Positions 20,510 through 30,677 of a DNA stretch of 64,000 nucleotides are shown here, one piece after another. Positions within the stretch are counted from its first letter, which is position 1; every line of letters begins with the position of its first letter. The DNA lies in contig VBBS01000030.1 of NCBI GenBank assembly GCA_005888745.1, positions 140,175-204,174 on the forward strand. The letters run 5' to 3'. The notes beneath the pieces are model-generated. The model did no database searches, was not told the DNA's origin, and worked only from the letters and a program-made list of their open reading frames with translations. The DNA is from Candidatus Bathyarchaeota archaeon. Lineage in GTDB: Archaea > Thermoproteota > Bathyarchaeia > 40CM-2-53-6. The position numbers were made by a program, and so were the translations under genes.

Positions 20510-21586
20510 CTAATTATCTTCGATCGCGGCAATAATGCACTCGGACAACAATCGGTCCGTCTGTTGGTGCGCCGCGCGACTGTTGTAGTTCGTACTGGTT
20601 AACACGGCGACCATGTCTAAGCCGGGAAGGACTGAGATCTTGTTACCGCCATTCCCCAGCATATTGTAGCTCGGGAAACGTTTCCCTGCAGGACCGAGCG
20701 ACTTCAGCCACCACAAGTACCCATACTCGGTACCGGTGACATACTCTGTATCTTGAACCCGGGCATGAGGCTTGGTAGAATTTTCAACCCATCCCTTGGA
20801 TACTACGCGGGTGTTCTTCCAGCTGCCTCCGTTTAGGTAGAGTTGTCCCAGTTTGAGTAGATCTTGACTCATCAGCCGTAGTCCTCCACCAGTCATTACC
20901 AGTCCCGATGGTGTCGGCTGCCATTCCGAATCGACTATTCCAAGAGGGCCGAACAGATACTTGTCCGCAAATACGGGGACTCTTGTCCCCGTTGCTCTCT
21001 CAATCACTCCGCCCAGCGTCGCTGTGCCTGCGGTGCAGTAGCAGAAGTTTCGTCCATACGGGGAGTCTTCGGGCCGTTTCTCCCATGACGGGAATCCCTT
21101 GATCGGCAAATCGAGTGTGAATCTAACGTAGTCTTCGGTTAGATACATCCGCTCTTCGTTTCCTGCCGAGAACTGATTATTGTCATCACACTCCAGCAAC
21201 GAACTCATTGTCAAGAAGTCCTCTACAGTAATCTGGTCTTTGCGAGGATCAGGATTCTTTACCGGCTGCTTATCCGGGAAGAACGACATCACCGGAGCGT
21301 TTACTCCCGACAAGAATCCCTTATCGATCGCAATCCCGATCAGGATACTCGTTACAGTCTTTGTTGCTGAGCGAGTGTCTCTAAGAGTCGATCTCGACCC
21401 TTCAAAATACTGCTCAAGCACCAACTTTCCATGTCGTGCGACAAGTATACTGCCAATATTCTTGAAATCATTCGATCGGATAGCGTCCCTCGTCGATTCG
21501 GCCAATCTCGACGAGAGTCCTGCCGAATCTGGAGAAGCGATCTCCCAAGCATTAGCCTGACTCCGTAAGTTTACGTCAGTCTCCAA
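20510..21586 (-). CDS. Serine hydrolase of the beta-lactamase/transpeptidase (class C-like) family
   Basis: SATK (the S-x-x-K active-site motif) near the N-terminus within a region resembling the family core (VARHGKLV...RSATKTVTSILIGIAIDKG). Confidence 0.6.
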   Translation of the reverse strand: METDVNLRSQANAWEIASPDSAGLSSRLAESTRDAIRSNDFKNIGSILVARHGKLVLEQYFEGSRSTLRDTRSATKTVTSILIGIAIDKGFLSGVNAPVMSFFPDKQPVKNPDPRKDQITVEDFLTMSSLLECDDNNQFSAGNEERMYLTEDYVRFTLDLPIKGFPSWEKRPEDSPYGRNFCYCTAGTATLGGVIERATGTRVPVFADKYLFGPLGIVDSEWQPTPSGLVMTGGGLRLMSQDLLKLGQLYLNGGSWKNTRVVSKGWVENSTKPHARVQDTEYVTGTEYGYLWWLKSLGPAGKRFPSYNMLGNGGNKISVLPGLDMVAVLTSTNYNSRAAHQQTDRLLSECIIAAIEDN

Positions 21587-21691
21587 CGATGTTCTGTTCA
21601 GACGTTTCTTTGCGTGACTAATAGGTACTCCTCGGAAGCACGTGTGATGAAGGGTCTCAGTCTTTAATACGAATCACCGGAACCTGAATCT

Positions 21692-22171
21692 ATGCAGCCA
21701 GTCACCTATACAGTAGCCAAAGGGTTGAGAGCTGGTGCGGTAGGCGGTTTCATAGGATCAATCGTTCTAGGCATTACTGGAGAGCTGGGAGCTATTTCCA
21801 TGAACCAGGAGCTCTTCTACACCACCATCGCGAAAAAACTAGGGTTGGGCGACTATTCCGTCCTAGGAGGATGGACCCTCCATTTCCTCGTAGGGATAAT
21901 CGCAGGCTCAATGTTCATCGGAGCAACAGCCGCCATCCGGAGATTTATCTTGACCACAATGAAGAAGGCCCTCTGGGTGGGCATACTGGGAGGAATCGCG
22001 ATCTGGATAGTCGTCTACGTTCCCGTCACAGGCATCCTTATCCCAGGGGATCTGACTGACACGACATTCGCAGTGGGAACCTTCGTACTCCATCTGCTCT
22101 ACGCGGTCGTAACCGCGATCGTCTCGCTCTCGCTTCTCCGCCGAACGATCAAGACCAAGACTGCTGCCTAA
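21692..22171 (+). CDS. Integral membrane protein (4 TM), hypothetical
   Basis: Four long hydrophobic segments. No motif recognised. Confidence 0.45.
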   Translation: MQPVTYTVAKGLRAGAVGGFIGSIVLGITGELGAISMNQELFYTTIAKKLGLGDYSVLGGWTLHFLVGIIAGSMFIGATAAIRRFILTTMKKALWVGILGGIAIWIVVYVPVTGILIPGDLTDTTFAVGTFVLHLLYAVVTAIVSLSLLRRTIKTKTAA

Positions 22172-23145
22172 CAGCTTGGCATATTTGAGGTGCCGGATGC
22201 GAGAAACCCGTCTCCCGACATTGTTGAACTGTCATAGTTTGAGTTTTGAGTGAGCATATAGGTCGCGTAGGTCCCTGTGACGACGTAGGTTCCATTCAGA
22301 GTTACGGTGAACGCGGTAAGGTTAGGGTTCGGAGGTAGATTGTTCAACTGCGACCCAGAGACCCTGTAGCTAAAGATCGGATGAGCGATTCCGTTCGCTG
22401 AGAGATGAAAAGATTCTGTGTCAGCCAAGACCCAGCCCACGGAGGGATAGTTCAAGGTAAGGGCCCATGTTGCATCCATCGCAAACCTGGTGGGATTGCT
22501 GATGCCGAGAGTTTCGTAGACCGTTCGATAACCTGTGAAGCTTCCAGGTGATCCGTAAAGCGTTGAAGAATCAGTGCGAACCGAGATGCATGTTGGTTGA
22601 AGCTGGTTGACTGACTGGTTCGCGGCGTTTCGGTCAGAAGTCTTGGCAGCCTGCAAGATTTGCCGTTGCACATTGTTATACACGATGAATCCGCCAACCC
22701 CGACAAGAAGAAGGGCAATGAGAACTATTCCAACGATTAGCTTTACCGGTCGTTTCGAGGGCGGCGCGGTCGCAGGAGTCGGGCCCCATGTTGGCGGAGG
22801 AATTGCGGTTCCACACTGCGGACAAAACTGAGTTCCCAAGGGAACCGTTGTGAAACATGTTGGACAGGTCAGCTCCTGAGCTTGCGGTCGAACTGCGTAA
22901 GTGGATGGAGGAGGAGCAGGTGGCGGTGGAGCCTTTGCCTGATTCTGGCCATCCGCTTTGATATTACTCTCTTCCGTCACGACCACAGACTCCTTGCGGC
23001 ACTTCTGTTGGTCAGTCTCGCTTATTAGAGCGTCGGATTCCTGCCAGTAGCTTGTTCCAGTTTTTTGTCGGAACAGGAAACGATCCGCAGGTTTGAAAAC
23101 TACACACTGTTGGTCGACAGCCGACGCTCTTCTCTCCTTGATCAT
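22168..23145 (-). CDS. Membrane-anchored protein with an N-terminal zinc ribbon, a Pro-rich linker, one TM helix and an extracytoplasmic domain
   Basis: CPTCFTTVPLGTQFCPQCG zinc ribbon. PPPPAPPP linker. TM helix LIVGIVLIALLLVGVGGFIV. Confidence 0.45.
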   Translation of the reverse strand: MIKERRASAVDQQCVVFKPADRFLFRQKTGTSYWQESDALISETDQQKCRKESVVVTEESNIKADGQNQAKAPPPPAPPPSTYAVRPQAQELTCPTCFTTVPLGTQFCPQCGTAIPPPTWGPTPATAPPSKRPVKLIVGIVLIALLLVGVGGFIVYNNVQRQILQAAKTSDRNAANQSVNQLQPTCISVRTDSSTLYGSPGSFTGYRTVYETLGISNPTRFAMDATWALTLNYPSVGWVLADTESFHLSANGIAHPIFSYRVSGSQLNNLPPNPNLTAFTVTLNGTYVVTGTYATYMLTQNSNYDSSTMSGDGFLASGTSNMPSC

Positions 23146-23488
23146 GCGAGTCCTTCGGAAGAGTGGTATTCGGCGATGAGCCTCTCGATCTCCTGCCGGT
23201 CTGCCAGGCTACACTGACCTATGGTTACCATCCTTGATCCTGGGCTTGCCAGCGTCAAGGAAATAAGCAGAGAGGAGTGGTTAGATCCAAGGCTTCTCAA
23301 TGCCCTTTGGAACATATTCGTCTTCGAGATGCCAGACCTGTGGTTGCTCCGAAGAATCCTGCGAGAGTTGCCAGACAGTCGCGGATTGTTCCAACTGTGC
23401 CTCATGCTGCTGCAGCACTACCCATCAATCATGGAGACATGTGAGGATCGGAAGCGGAATCAGAATCGAATATCTTAGCTCGGCCTGG

Positions 23489-24046
23489 ATGACGGTTGAG
23501 GTCTTGGGGTCTATCGGAGTTGGACTGGTCGCTGGCAGCTTCGCACTTCTCGCCTTTGGTGGTGATAGTCTGATAGAACTGATCTCTGGGCTCGCGGTCT
23601 TGGCTGGTCTGCGCCGGGACTCTTCGAGAATTGGCAGTGCAATCGACAGCAAGAGAACGGAACAATTCACGAGCTTCCTCCTCTTCGCCCTCATCCCCGT
23701 CATCGGCCTAGGCGCCATCTACTCTTACACTAGCGGAATCAAGCCTGAAGGATCGCCGCTCGGAATCGCCATCGCTGTTGGAGCAGTCATTGTGATGCCC
23801 TATCTCTACGTCCAGAAGAAGCGGATTGGCCGTGAGACCCGGTCGCTCGCCCTCTCGATGGATGCCATAGAATCTGTGACCTGTCTCTTCATGGCCACAG
23901 CTCTACTCGGAGGACTTCTCGCGGAATATTTTCTAGGACTGTGGTGGGCTGATTATCTTGCCACCGGAATTATCCTAGCGTTCGTCGCGAGAGAAGCTGT
24001 TGAATCATACCATGAACTCCATGAGGAAGAAGCAGTTCACGCATAG
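23489..24046 (+). CDS. Divergent cation-diffusion-facilitator-like membrane protein. The ORF is open from 23300 through a Cys-rich stretch that is probably not translated.
   Basis: The TM2 segment ALLAFGGDSLIELISG resembles the CDF motif ALLADAGHMLTD but lacks the His/Asp pair. Five TM helices. Confidence 0.35.
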   Translation: MTVEVLGSIGVGLVAGSFALLAFGGDSLIELISGLAVLAGLRRDSSRIGSAIDSKRTEQFTSFLLFALIPVIGLGAIYSYTSGIKPEGSPLGIAIAVGAVIVMPYLYVQKKRIGRETRSLALSMDAIESVTCLFMATALLGGLLAEYFLGLWWADYLATGIILAFVAREAVESYHELHEEEAVHA

Positions 24047-24087
24047 TCGTCGATGTTCTCTAACTCCTGACCGAGCGTCGCCTGAAT

Positions 24088-24663
24088 CTATTCCCTGATT
24101 TTCCTTCGAACTGACCCGACCACAAAGACTCCAGCGCCGAGCTTTTTCTCATCAAAGACCTTCACCCGTTTGGGTGCGAACGCGAAAAAGCGTAGTCCCT
24201 GAGTCTCTTCGTCAGACTTGAGCGTCGCCCGCCATTTCGTGTATGCTTGAAAACGGCGAGCATAGACCTGCTCTGAACGCGTCGCGTCCCTTCCGTAGGT
24301 GGCGCCACAGGTACCGTAGAGACTGATCCCTCGATCCATACCGCCCCAGCGTTGAGTTGAATCAAAAACTGAAACTGCCATTGAGGAATTAGTCTCGAGG
24401 TTAGTGCAGTGGCGTGATTCAGGGTCAGACAAGAAGTAGAGTTCGAGTGTCGGAGAGTAAGCAAAATACACATGGCAAATGTGAGAGCGGCCGTCAGGAT
24501 TCACTGTGGCCAAAGAACAAAGCGAGGTCATCGCCAGTATCTGAAAGAGGCTCCGAAGCACTGGTACCTCGCTCAAGCTACGTTGAGCCGAAGGCAGGAG
24601 TGACCCTCCGGAGCCGATCGCTCGCAGACCAGTTAGATGGACCACAAATTCCCGAGGATGCAT
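24088..24663 (-). CDS. Pyridoxamine-5-phosphate-oxidase-like FMN-binding split-barrel protein. The start is probably internal.
   Basis: LATVNPDGRSHICHVYFAYSPTLELYFLSDPESRHCTNLETNSSMAVSVFD matches the PNPOx-like family pattern. Confidence 0.5.
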   Translation of the reverse strand: MHPREFVVHLTGLRAIGSGGSLLPSAQRSLSEVPVLRSLFQILAMTSLCSLATVNPDGRSHICHVYFAYSPTLELYFLSDPESRHCTNLETNSSMAVSVFDSTQRWGGMDRGISLYGTCGATYGRDATRSEQVYARRFQAYTKWRATLKSDEETQGLRFFAFAPKRVKVFDEKKLGAGVFVVGSVRRKIRE

Positions 24664-24764
24664 GGATGGATATCTATTGAATCGAACTTAAATGAACGCG
24701 ATTGATGGCTCAGTGAGATTTTCAAGGTCGTGACTTTGGCTCGAGCTCCCCTCGAGGTTGTCGG

Positions 24765-24843
24765 AACCCGACGACGGTAACCCATGGAGTCGATGAGAGC
24801 AAGTCAACTAACAACCGAAGAGTTGACAGAACCCTGAAATCCC
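24765..24843 (+). repeat. Partial (3-prime about 80 nt) copy 2 of the structured repeat
   Basis: aacccgacgacggtaacccatggagtcgatgagagcaagtcaactaacaaccgaagagttgacagaacc matches the 3-prime end of copy 1, with the caagtc...gacttg hairpin changed to tcaact...agttga. Confidence 0.45.
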
Positions 24844-24910
24844 TACAGCGTAATGGCCCAGCCGTCTCTCTCCGACTGGCTCGACCCGGCCAAAGCTCTG
24901 GCCTCTGCGA

Positions 24911-26428
24911 GTGTCAAGCCGTGGTGGCGGGAGTAACATATTTCCTATAGAAACCGGGAGTGAATCCCTAGTAATCATGAATGTTCGCGGGCACGTCCGA
25001 CTCTTGTCTGTGCTCTTGGCAGGGTTAGCCGGTGCAGGTCTGCTCACGGTTGGCTTCGGACTAACACCTCTTAGCGGTTCTGTATTCGGTTCCATGCTCG
25101 GGCTCGGTCCCAAAGGAGACTTCTCAATGTCATCCAGCTCGAACCCCGTCGTCGTCCAGCAGGGGTACACAGGACCCGTTTCAATTACAATCGCCAGTCT
25201 GAATCATTTCAGCGGAGACATAGGCATGACTGCGACGATCACTACCAGCGCGAACGCTCCGATTGTGAAGGCGAGCGAGTCGTCTGTCAAGCTTACTCCC
25301 GATGATACCGTGTCTTTTTCGGTCTCTGTGGCAACAACAAGCTCCACAAATCTCGGGAACTACAACGTCACCGTTCGAGGAAAGACCGATGCGCTCTCTC
25401 ACTCGATAACAGTCTCCACGAGAATAATCTCACCGCCGCCACCTCCAACTCCGGACTTCGATCTCTCATCTAATCCGTTTGCGCTGACGACAACCCAGGG
25501 AGGGTTTCTGAGCGCAACACTGACAGTTTCGAGCATTCTCGGCTATTCAGGAAATGTGGCGTTGGCGGCAATCATCTATCCTTCGGGAGTCAACAGTCCC
25601 AGTGTTTTTCTGAACCTAACCTCCCTTCAATTGCTACCAGGAGGAACCAATTCTACGAACTACTTTGTCAACGCGTTTAACGCGACGGCTGGGAATTACG
25701 TAATCGCAATCACCGGAATCAGCGGTTCACTAAGCCACACTCTCCAAGTGTCTCTCTCAGTAAACCTTGTCAACGGCTACGAAGCGCTCAATCTGGAATT
25801 CTACGCGTTCAGCTCAGCTACAAACGCTACTCTCGATATTCGAAACTTTGGAAGCGTGACGAGCAGTCTCGTGGCATACTACGTCACAGATGCCAATTTT
25901 GACCAGTACTCTCTTACGACTTGGAGCGGTCCGGTCATCAGTCCAAACCAGCTGGGAATCGTAACGGTCCTGATCGGGGCAGGTTGCAGCGGATGCGTTC
26001 TATCCGGTTCAGCTTTCACCTTCACACCAGGCAACGATTACAGGATAACGCTGATTACAACTTACAACAATCAGTTCACATTCACGATAGGCCCGCCGAA
26101 TCCCAACCAGGAAGCTCTCTCGATTGACGCCTTCTCTTTCACCTCCAGCACGAACGTGACATTGTACATTCGGAACCTAGGAACGATCTCAGTCCAACTC
26201 GCCAGCTACTACGTGAGAGACGCGTCAGGCGACGCTTACGCACTTACATCATTCGCTGGGCCGACCATAGCTCCTAACAGCGTCGTGGCAGTGGCTGTTA
26301 CAATCGGGTCGAGCTGCCCCGGCTGCACGCTTACAGGCAACGCCTTCACGTTCGTCAATGGTAACAGCTACACGATAATCTTCGTGACCTCGCGGAACAA
26401 CCAGTTCTCCTTTACGGTGACAAAGTAA
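24911..26428 (+). CDS. Secreted Ser/Thr-rich cell-surface protein with an internal tandem domain repeat
   Basis: N-terminal signal/TM. Two homologous roughly 100-aa domains (YYVTDANFDQYSLTTWSGP...GCSGC... and YYVRDASGDAYALTSFAGP...SCPGC...). Confidence 0.55.
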   Translation: MSSRGGGSNIFPIETGSESLVIMNVRGHVRLLSVLLAGLAGAGLLTVGFGLTPLSGSVFGSMLGLGPKGDFSMSSSSNPVVVQQGYTGPVSITIASLNHFSGDIGMTATITTSANAPIVKASESSVKLTPDDTVSFSVSVATTSSTNLGNYNVTVRGKTDALSHSITVSTRIISPPPPPTPDFDLSSNPFALTTTQGGFLSATLTVSSILGYSGNVALAAIIYPSGVNSPSVFLNLTSLQLLPGGTNSTNYFVNAFNATAGNYVIAITGISGSLSHTLQVSLSVNLVNGYEALNLEFYAFSSATNATLDIRNFGSVTSSLVAYYVTDANFDQYSLTTWSGPVISPNQLGIVTVLIGAGCSGCVLSGSAFTFTPGNDYRITLITTYNNQFTFTIGPPNPNQEALSIDAFSFTSSTNVTLYIRNLGTISVQLASYYVRDASGDAYALTSFAGPTIAPNSVVAVAVTIGSSCPGCTLTGNAFTFVNGNSYTIIFVTSRNNQFSFTVTK

Positions 26429-26563
26429 GGATGCCCACTATCGTCGTCTTACCCTCGAACCATAAGGCGACTCGAAGATCCTTGCCGTATCTCGGAAGAG
26501 AAACCGTGGAATATTCTTCAAAAAGAATTTTTGGTTTTTCTTAGAACCTAAATATCATCTCTG

Positions 26564-26848
26564 ATGTTCTATTTTCAGACGATGCGTGTGGCTAGCATAT
26601 TCAGTCGTCGTGAGAGGATTGTCCTGGCTCTTCTTGCGATTGCGGTTGTTACCGCCGTAACTTATGGAGTTGTTACATATCAGACTCCGTACGGTTGCGG
26701 CCCCGACGGCGTTGCTGCCGGACCCGGGATCGACTTGCAAGTATTGGCCAAACCATGTCTCTACATTTACTTCACTGGGATCGTTGGGGGAAGCGCTCTC
26801 CTGATTCTCCTCATACCAGTCCCAGAGAAAAAAGCCAAAGAGCCCTAA
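26564..26848 (+). CDS. Small membrane protein (2 TM), hypothetical
   Basis: Two hydrophobic helices. Weak. Confidence 0.3.
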   Translation: MFYFQTMRVASIFSRRERIVLALLAIAVVTAVTYGVVTYQTPYGCGPDGVAAGPGIDLQVLAKPCLYIYFTGIVGGSALLILLIPVPEKKAKEP

Positions 26849-27467
26849 TCCTACTTTTTCTAGACATAACCGGTTGAATATTTCTCGAGGAAACTCTCTT
26901 TGTTCAAATTCGTTGTGTCAAATACACAGCGGTCGACCATCGTGTCGAGGAAAATACGGCCATGAAGGAAAACAGCAACGCGAGAGTCCTGGTCATAGAA
27001 AGCTCTACCCGCCTCACAATGAGGCGTGCAAGAGCCCACGAATCCTTCATGACCATGCACTTCGAAGAAAGGAAGCGCACCGCAGCAGCATACGGAACCT
27101 TTTGGTACTTGATGTCCAGAAGATTCTGCTAAGAGAGCCCTTTTCAAGCATGGCTCCCATTGAACACTACCAACAAAGCCAGACGACCAGGACCAACCCC
27201 CGTTTTTTCAGTAACCTGCACTCTCTCAGTCCACATTAGACATGAGTGGATGGACGAATGTTCTCAAATCCCTCGCGACCTTGTCTTTGTACACGCTATG
27301 CCCAAATAGCCGTAGAGCATTCCTCATAGCGGGAAGCGACAAACCGAGCGCTCCCTCAGAAAAAAAATGATTGCCAGATATTTCGGCTACATGGCTCTTG
27401 GCATACTGCTTGTGATAGTTCTCATTGGTGCATACTACCTGGGCAAGTAGCTCAAGGCTCCCTCCGC

Positions 27468-27980
27468 TTAGCTCGTCTTCCGAAGCCGACGACGTTTGTC
27501 ACTTCGCTTCTTGCTGCTTAGCACAATTCCTGCTTGAGGGCCTTCGACATTGATCACAGGCTCGCCTCTGCCAATGAGGATATTCACGACGACAAACTCT
27601 TGTTGCTCATCTGGATTCACGTCTCGATGCACAAGTCGGGGCGGAATATGGAAAAAGTCGCCTTGTCTCACCACGACCGCATCGACGCGTCTCGAGCCAA
27701 ATTCCAACCGCATCCGACCAGCGAGTTGAAACCCGTACAAGTGTCGGGTTCCATGGTGATGCCAACCGGACATCGCCCCACCAGACGCTCGTGTCCGTGA
27801 AACAACGATGTACCGATGCGTCGACTCGAACGCCTTGTCCCGGACGATTCCAGGCGTAGAATAGCCCGCCTTCAGAGCGCCGCCACGAACAACCTCTATC
27901 TTTTTCATGAATCTCGATGTCTCCTCACCCCGCTTTTCGAAGGATCTCTTCGGCGAAAACTGCCCAACTCCCGTTGCCAT
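27468..27980 (-). CDS. Cupin-domain protein
   Basis: A conserved-barrel-like region HHHGTRHLYGFQLAGRMRLEFG...GDFFHIPPRLVHRD (two His-containing cupin motifs). Confidence 0.5.
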   Translation of the reverse strand: MATGVGQFSPKRSFEKRGEETSRFMKKIEVVRGGALKAGYSTPGIVRDKAFESTHRYIVVSRTRASGGAMSGWHHHGTRHLYGFQLAGRMRLEFGSRRVDAVVVRQGDFFHIPPRLVHRDVNPDEQQEFVVVNILIGRGEPVINVEGPQAGIVLSSKKRSDKRRRLRKTS

Positions 27981-28440
27981 CTTTCTGTTTGATCAGGATC
28001 GACCAGGTCCCATCCTTCGGGTTCCATGTGAGCGTGTTGTGAAGAGGTCCAGAAGGACCTTCGAATACAAACCTTATCGAATCGTGACTTTGGGGTGTTC
28101 CGTAGCCGAGTGTCTCGGAGAAGCGGCCACCAAAAACATCTATCCAGTGAACTACGTATCGTTCGCTCATGTTATCATAGCCAATGAAGACCATCGCTTC
28201 ATACTCCGCGGGGCTAGAGATGTCCTTACTCTTGCGATTCCTAGCTGCTGAATCTATGAAATAGACCCGGAGGAATTGATGGTTGAGAACCCAACCAGCT
28301 TCACAATATTGTTCAATCTGCTGACCTGCAATCTTCCCAATCACCTGCCATTTTCCGACCAGTTCCTCCAACAACCTATCCTGGAAGACGTGATGCTCAC
28401 CGTCAACGTCCACCGGGGAATGATCAGCCGACATGCTCAA
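27925..28440 (-). CDS. Hypothetical protein
   Basis: 171-aa ORF that overlaps the 3-prime end of the cupin ORF by about 56 nt. Confidence 0.35.
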   Translation of the reverse strand: MSMSADHSPVDVDGEHHVFQDRLLEELVGKWQVIGKIAGQQIEQYCEAGWVLNHQFLRVYFIDSAARNRKSKDISSPAEYEAMVFIGYDNMSERYVVHWIDVFGGRFSETLGYGTPQSHDSIRFVFEGPSGPLHNTLTWNPKDGTWSILIKQKDGNGSWAVFAEEILRKAG

Positions 28441-28519
28441 TCCTACCTAGTCATCGACTACATTTGCGTTATTTTCTTTACCGCGCTCGAGGGCTCGTTT
28501 TTGGTGGGTTGAAGCACCG

Positions 28520-28765
28520 TCACCCGGCCGCAACCGCCCGTGTGAAGAACGAATCAACATCCTTCACATCGACGTGGATGATGACAGGCGTTCCGCCGAG
28601 AGTCCTAGGACTCTTGTTGAAGGCCGGGAACTCGTCGGCTAGCATCAATTGTGCGCCCTCGATCCCAATCTCCGCGTGATCGATCTTTCCTTCCCATGGT
28701 GTCCGCTGAGAAACCTCCTTTGCACCGAATGGCGTTTTGCTTAGGAAGCCAGTGCATGCTTTGCA
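28520..28765 (-). pseudogene. Central fragment of a glyoxalase/VOC (PhnB-like) family gene. It lacks a start codon and both protein termini.
   Basis: The minus-strand translation ...TPFGAKEVSQRTPWEGKIDHAEIGIEGAQLMLADEFPAFNKSPRTLGGTPVIIHVDVKDVDSFFTRAVAAG* matches the middle of PhnB-like VOC proteins. It is bounded by in-frame stops with no ATG, GTG or TTG. Confidence 0.4.
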
Positions 28766-28951
28766 TCATGAACCGCTAAGTCTGGTACCGTGCGATTCTT
28801 GATCTTATCGGATACCACTTTGCTAGGCATGGAAGATGAATTTCGCCGGACAGCTCACAAATGTTTCCTGAATCGACTAAGAAAGAGCTGGAGAATCTAG
28901 GCCTTTTGTTGGTCGCTTCACAGTGGACGCACGCTAGAGAGAGGAAGCTGA

Positions 28952-29080
28952 TGGTGGGGCTGGCAGGATTTGAACCTGCGATTTCGTGGGTTCCTGGCGA
29001 GACAGATTGCTCCCAAGCCACGCGGATTGTCCGGACGCATCGAGGATATTGTCCTCTAGACCTGGCTATCCGACAGCCCC
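28952..29080 (-). tRNA. tRNA with about 50 nt of intron sequence. The isotype was not resolved. CCA is genomically encoded.
   Basis: Acceptor GGGGCTG/CAGCCCC is perfectly paired. Canonical T-arm GCAGG-TTCAAAT-CCTGC. Discriminator A followed by CCA. The body is too long for an intron-less tRNA. Confidence 0.55.
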
Positions 29081-29337
29081 TGGTTCGCTTCCAAAGCGCG
29101 ATGTTGCTTTAGCTCTTATCTTTCCCAATCGACCTTTTCGACTCTTTTCTTTCTGACAAAAAGGTGAACGGGGGCTATCTATGCCACGAGAATTTTTGCG
29201 TAGTACGAGGTAGGGTCAATCAATCATCTGTACTGGTTGCGACTCGTGGGAGGCATGCCAGTTTTATACCGGTACCTCTCTACCATATATCTAACAAACG
29301 AAGGGATACGTGACCAAAGACACACGGTTACAATAAC

Positions 29338-29730
29338 ATGGCTGTCGACAAGAAAGTCCTCAAGGCATGCGTCGTCTGCAAGCGCAAATTCCTAGGCTGG
29401 TTCTCCGAGAAATACTGTAGCGACGACTGCCGGATCGAAGGAACACGACTAAAGAACCGAAACCGCCAACGCAAAGGCAGGAAGGTCCTCGACCTACGCG
29501 AGGGAGCGATTAGCCAACAACTCGGCGAACTAGGCCTCGGCGACACGCAATATCCAATGTACAACCATGAACTAGTCACGACAATGTACGCCAACGTAAG
29601 CCTCTACCATGGCCGCGATGGAAAGCGTCACGTCAGGTCCTACTATGATCTCGTGCGAGAGATCGCCAAGCTCAATGGTGGAGACACGAGCAAGATTCTC
29701 GCCAGGCTCGCACCCCGCGAACAAAACTAG
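29338..29730 (+). CDS. Small zinc-ribbon protein, hypothetical
   Basis: CVVCKRKF...CSDDC near the N-terminus. Confidence 0.35.
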   Translation: MAVDKKVLKACVVCKRKFLGWFSEKYCSDDCRIEGTRLKNRNRQRKGRKVLDLREGAISQQLGELGLGDTQYPMYNHELVTTMYANVSLYHGRDGKRHVRSYYDLVREIAKLNGGDTSKILARLAPREQN

Positions 29731-29742
29731 CGATCTAGATTT

Positions 29743-30612
29743 TTACTGCGCTAGACGTCGCAGATCCTGAACCTTACCGAGAAACGTTCCATCAAACAAG
29801 TACGCCTCCCCATTCTCAAAATCCACCGCACCTGACCGCAGGACCGGTCCCATATACTCCTTGTACAACTCCGTCCAGCCCTCCTGATAATTCCGGTTGA
29901 TCGGCTGTCCTCCGAGATAGTCGTTGAATGATGGCATGATGATACAGTCCGCATCAGCAACTGAGACCCCGAATTTCTTCTTCACCTCCACCGCCGCGTC
30001 GCCCTCGAACTTCGCATCCTCGCGTCTCAAGACTCCTGCCGCGAGCTTCTCTCCATCACTCTTCGCTTTGACCCAGGCCTGCCGGGTGATCCTGAACCCC
30101 AATGGATCTTTGAAGACCACGACAGGGTGCAGGTGACCCATGATAAGGAACTTACAACCCAGGAGTGGCGGCGCTGGCCAGGCGTGGCCGTGGAATAATC
30201 CAACAGAATCCCAGAGAACCATCCCATTGGATTTATTGATCTTAACGGACGACGGTGTCAACGGCTCAAGGTTACCATCATGGTTTCCCGGAACCACCTC
30301 TACGTCAGGTATGATCTCGACGAGGCTGTCGAAGAATTCTGGAACATATTTCCACTCTTCCAGTTCGACCTTGGAAACAGCGTGTTTCACATCCCCCAAC
30401 AATACCAAGAGCTTGGGATGGGTTTCAGCCAGGATTTTTCGAAGCTTGTCCAATAGCCTCGGCACCTGAGAGGGCACATGTATTCCCTGGTGCGCCAAGG
30501 TCACTTCCCAGCCGAGATGCAGGTCAGCGATTACAAGGACCCGCTCTCCTTTGCGTTCTAGCAGAAGAGCTGGTTGGTCTGCCACTGGTTTTACAGTAAC
30601 ATCATCAGTCAC
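29743..30612 (-). CDS. Calcineurin-like metallophosphoesterase (MPE / Mre11-SbcD-like nuclease fold)
   Basis: Motif I VIADLHLG, motif GDVKH, motif GNHDG, and HGH later in the protein. Confidence 0.7.
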   Translation of the reverse strand: MTDDVTVKPVADQPALLLERKGERVLVIADLHLGWEVTLAHQGIHVPSQVPRLLDKLRKILAETHPKLLVLLGDVKHAVSKVELEEWKYVPEFFDSLVEIIPDVEVVPGNHDGNLEPLTPSSVKINKSNGMVLWDSVGLFHGHAWPAPPLLGCKFLIMGHLHPVVVFKDPLGFRITRQAWVKAKSDGEKLAAGVLRREDAKFEGDAAVEVKKKFGVSVADADCIIMPSFNDYLGGQPINRNYQEGWTELYKEYMGPVLRSGAVDFENGEAYLFDGTFLGKVQDLRRLAQ

Positions 30613-30677
30613 TAGTATATGCCCGATAGTTCGAAATCGATCATGTCCAATGAAAAGGTATTCTTAGCGCGTGACAA

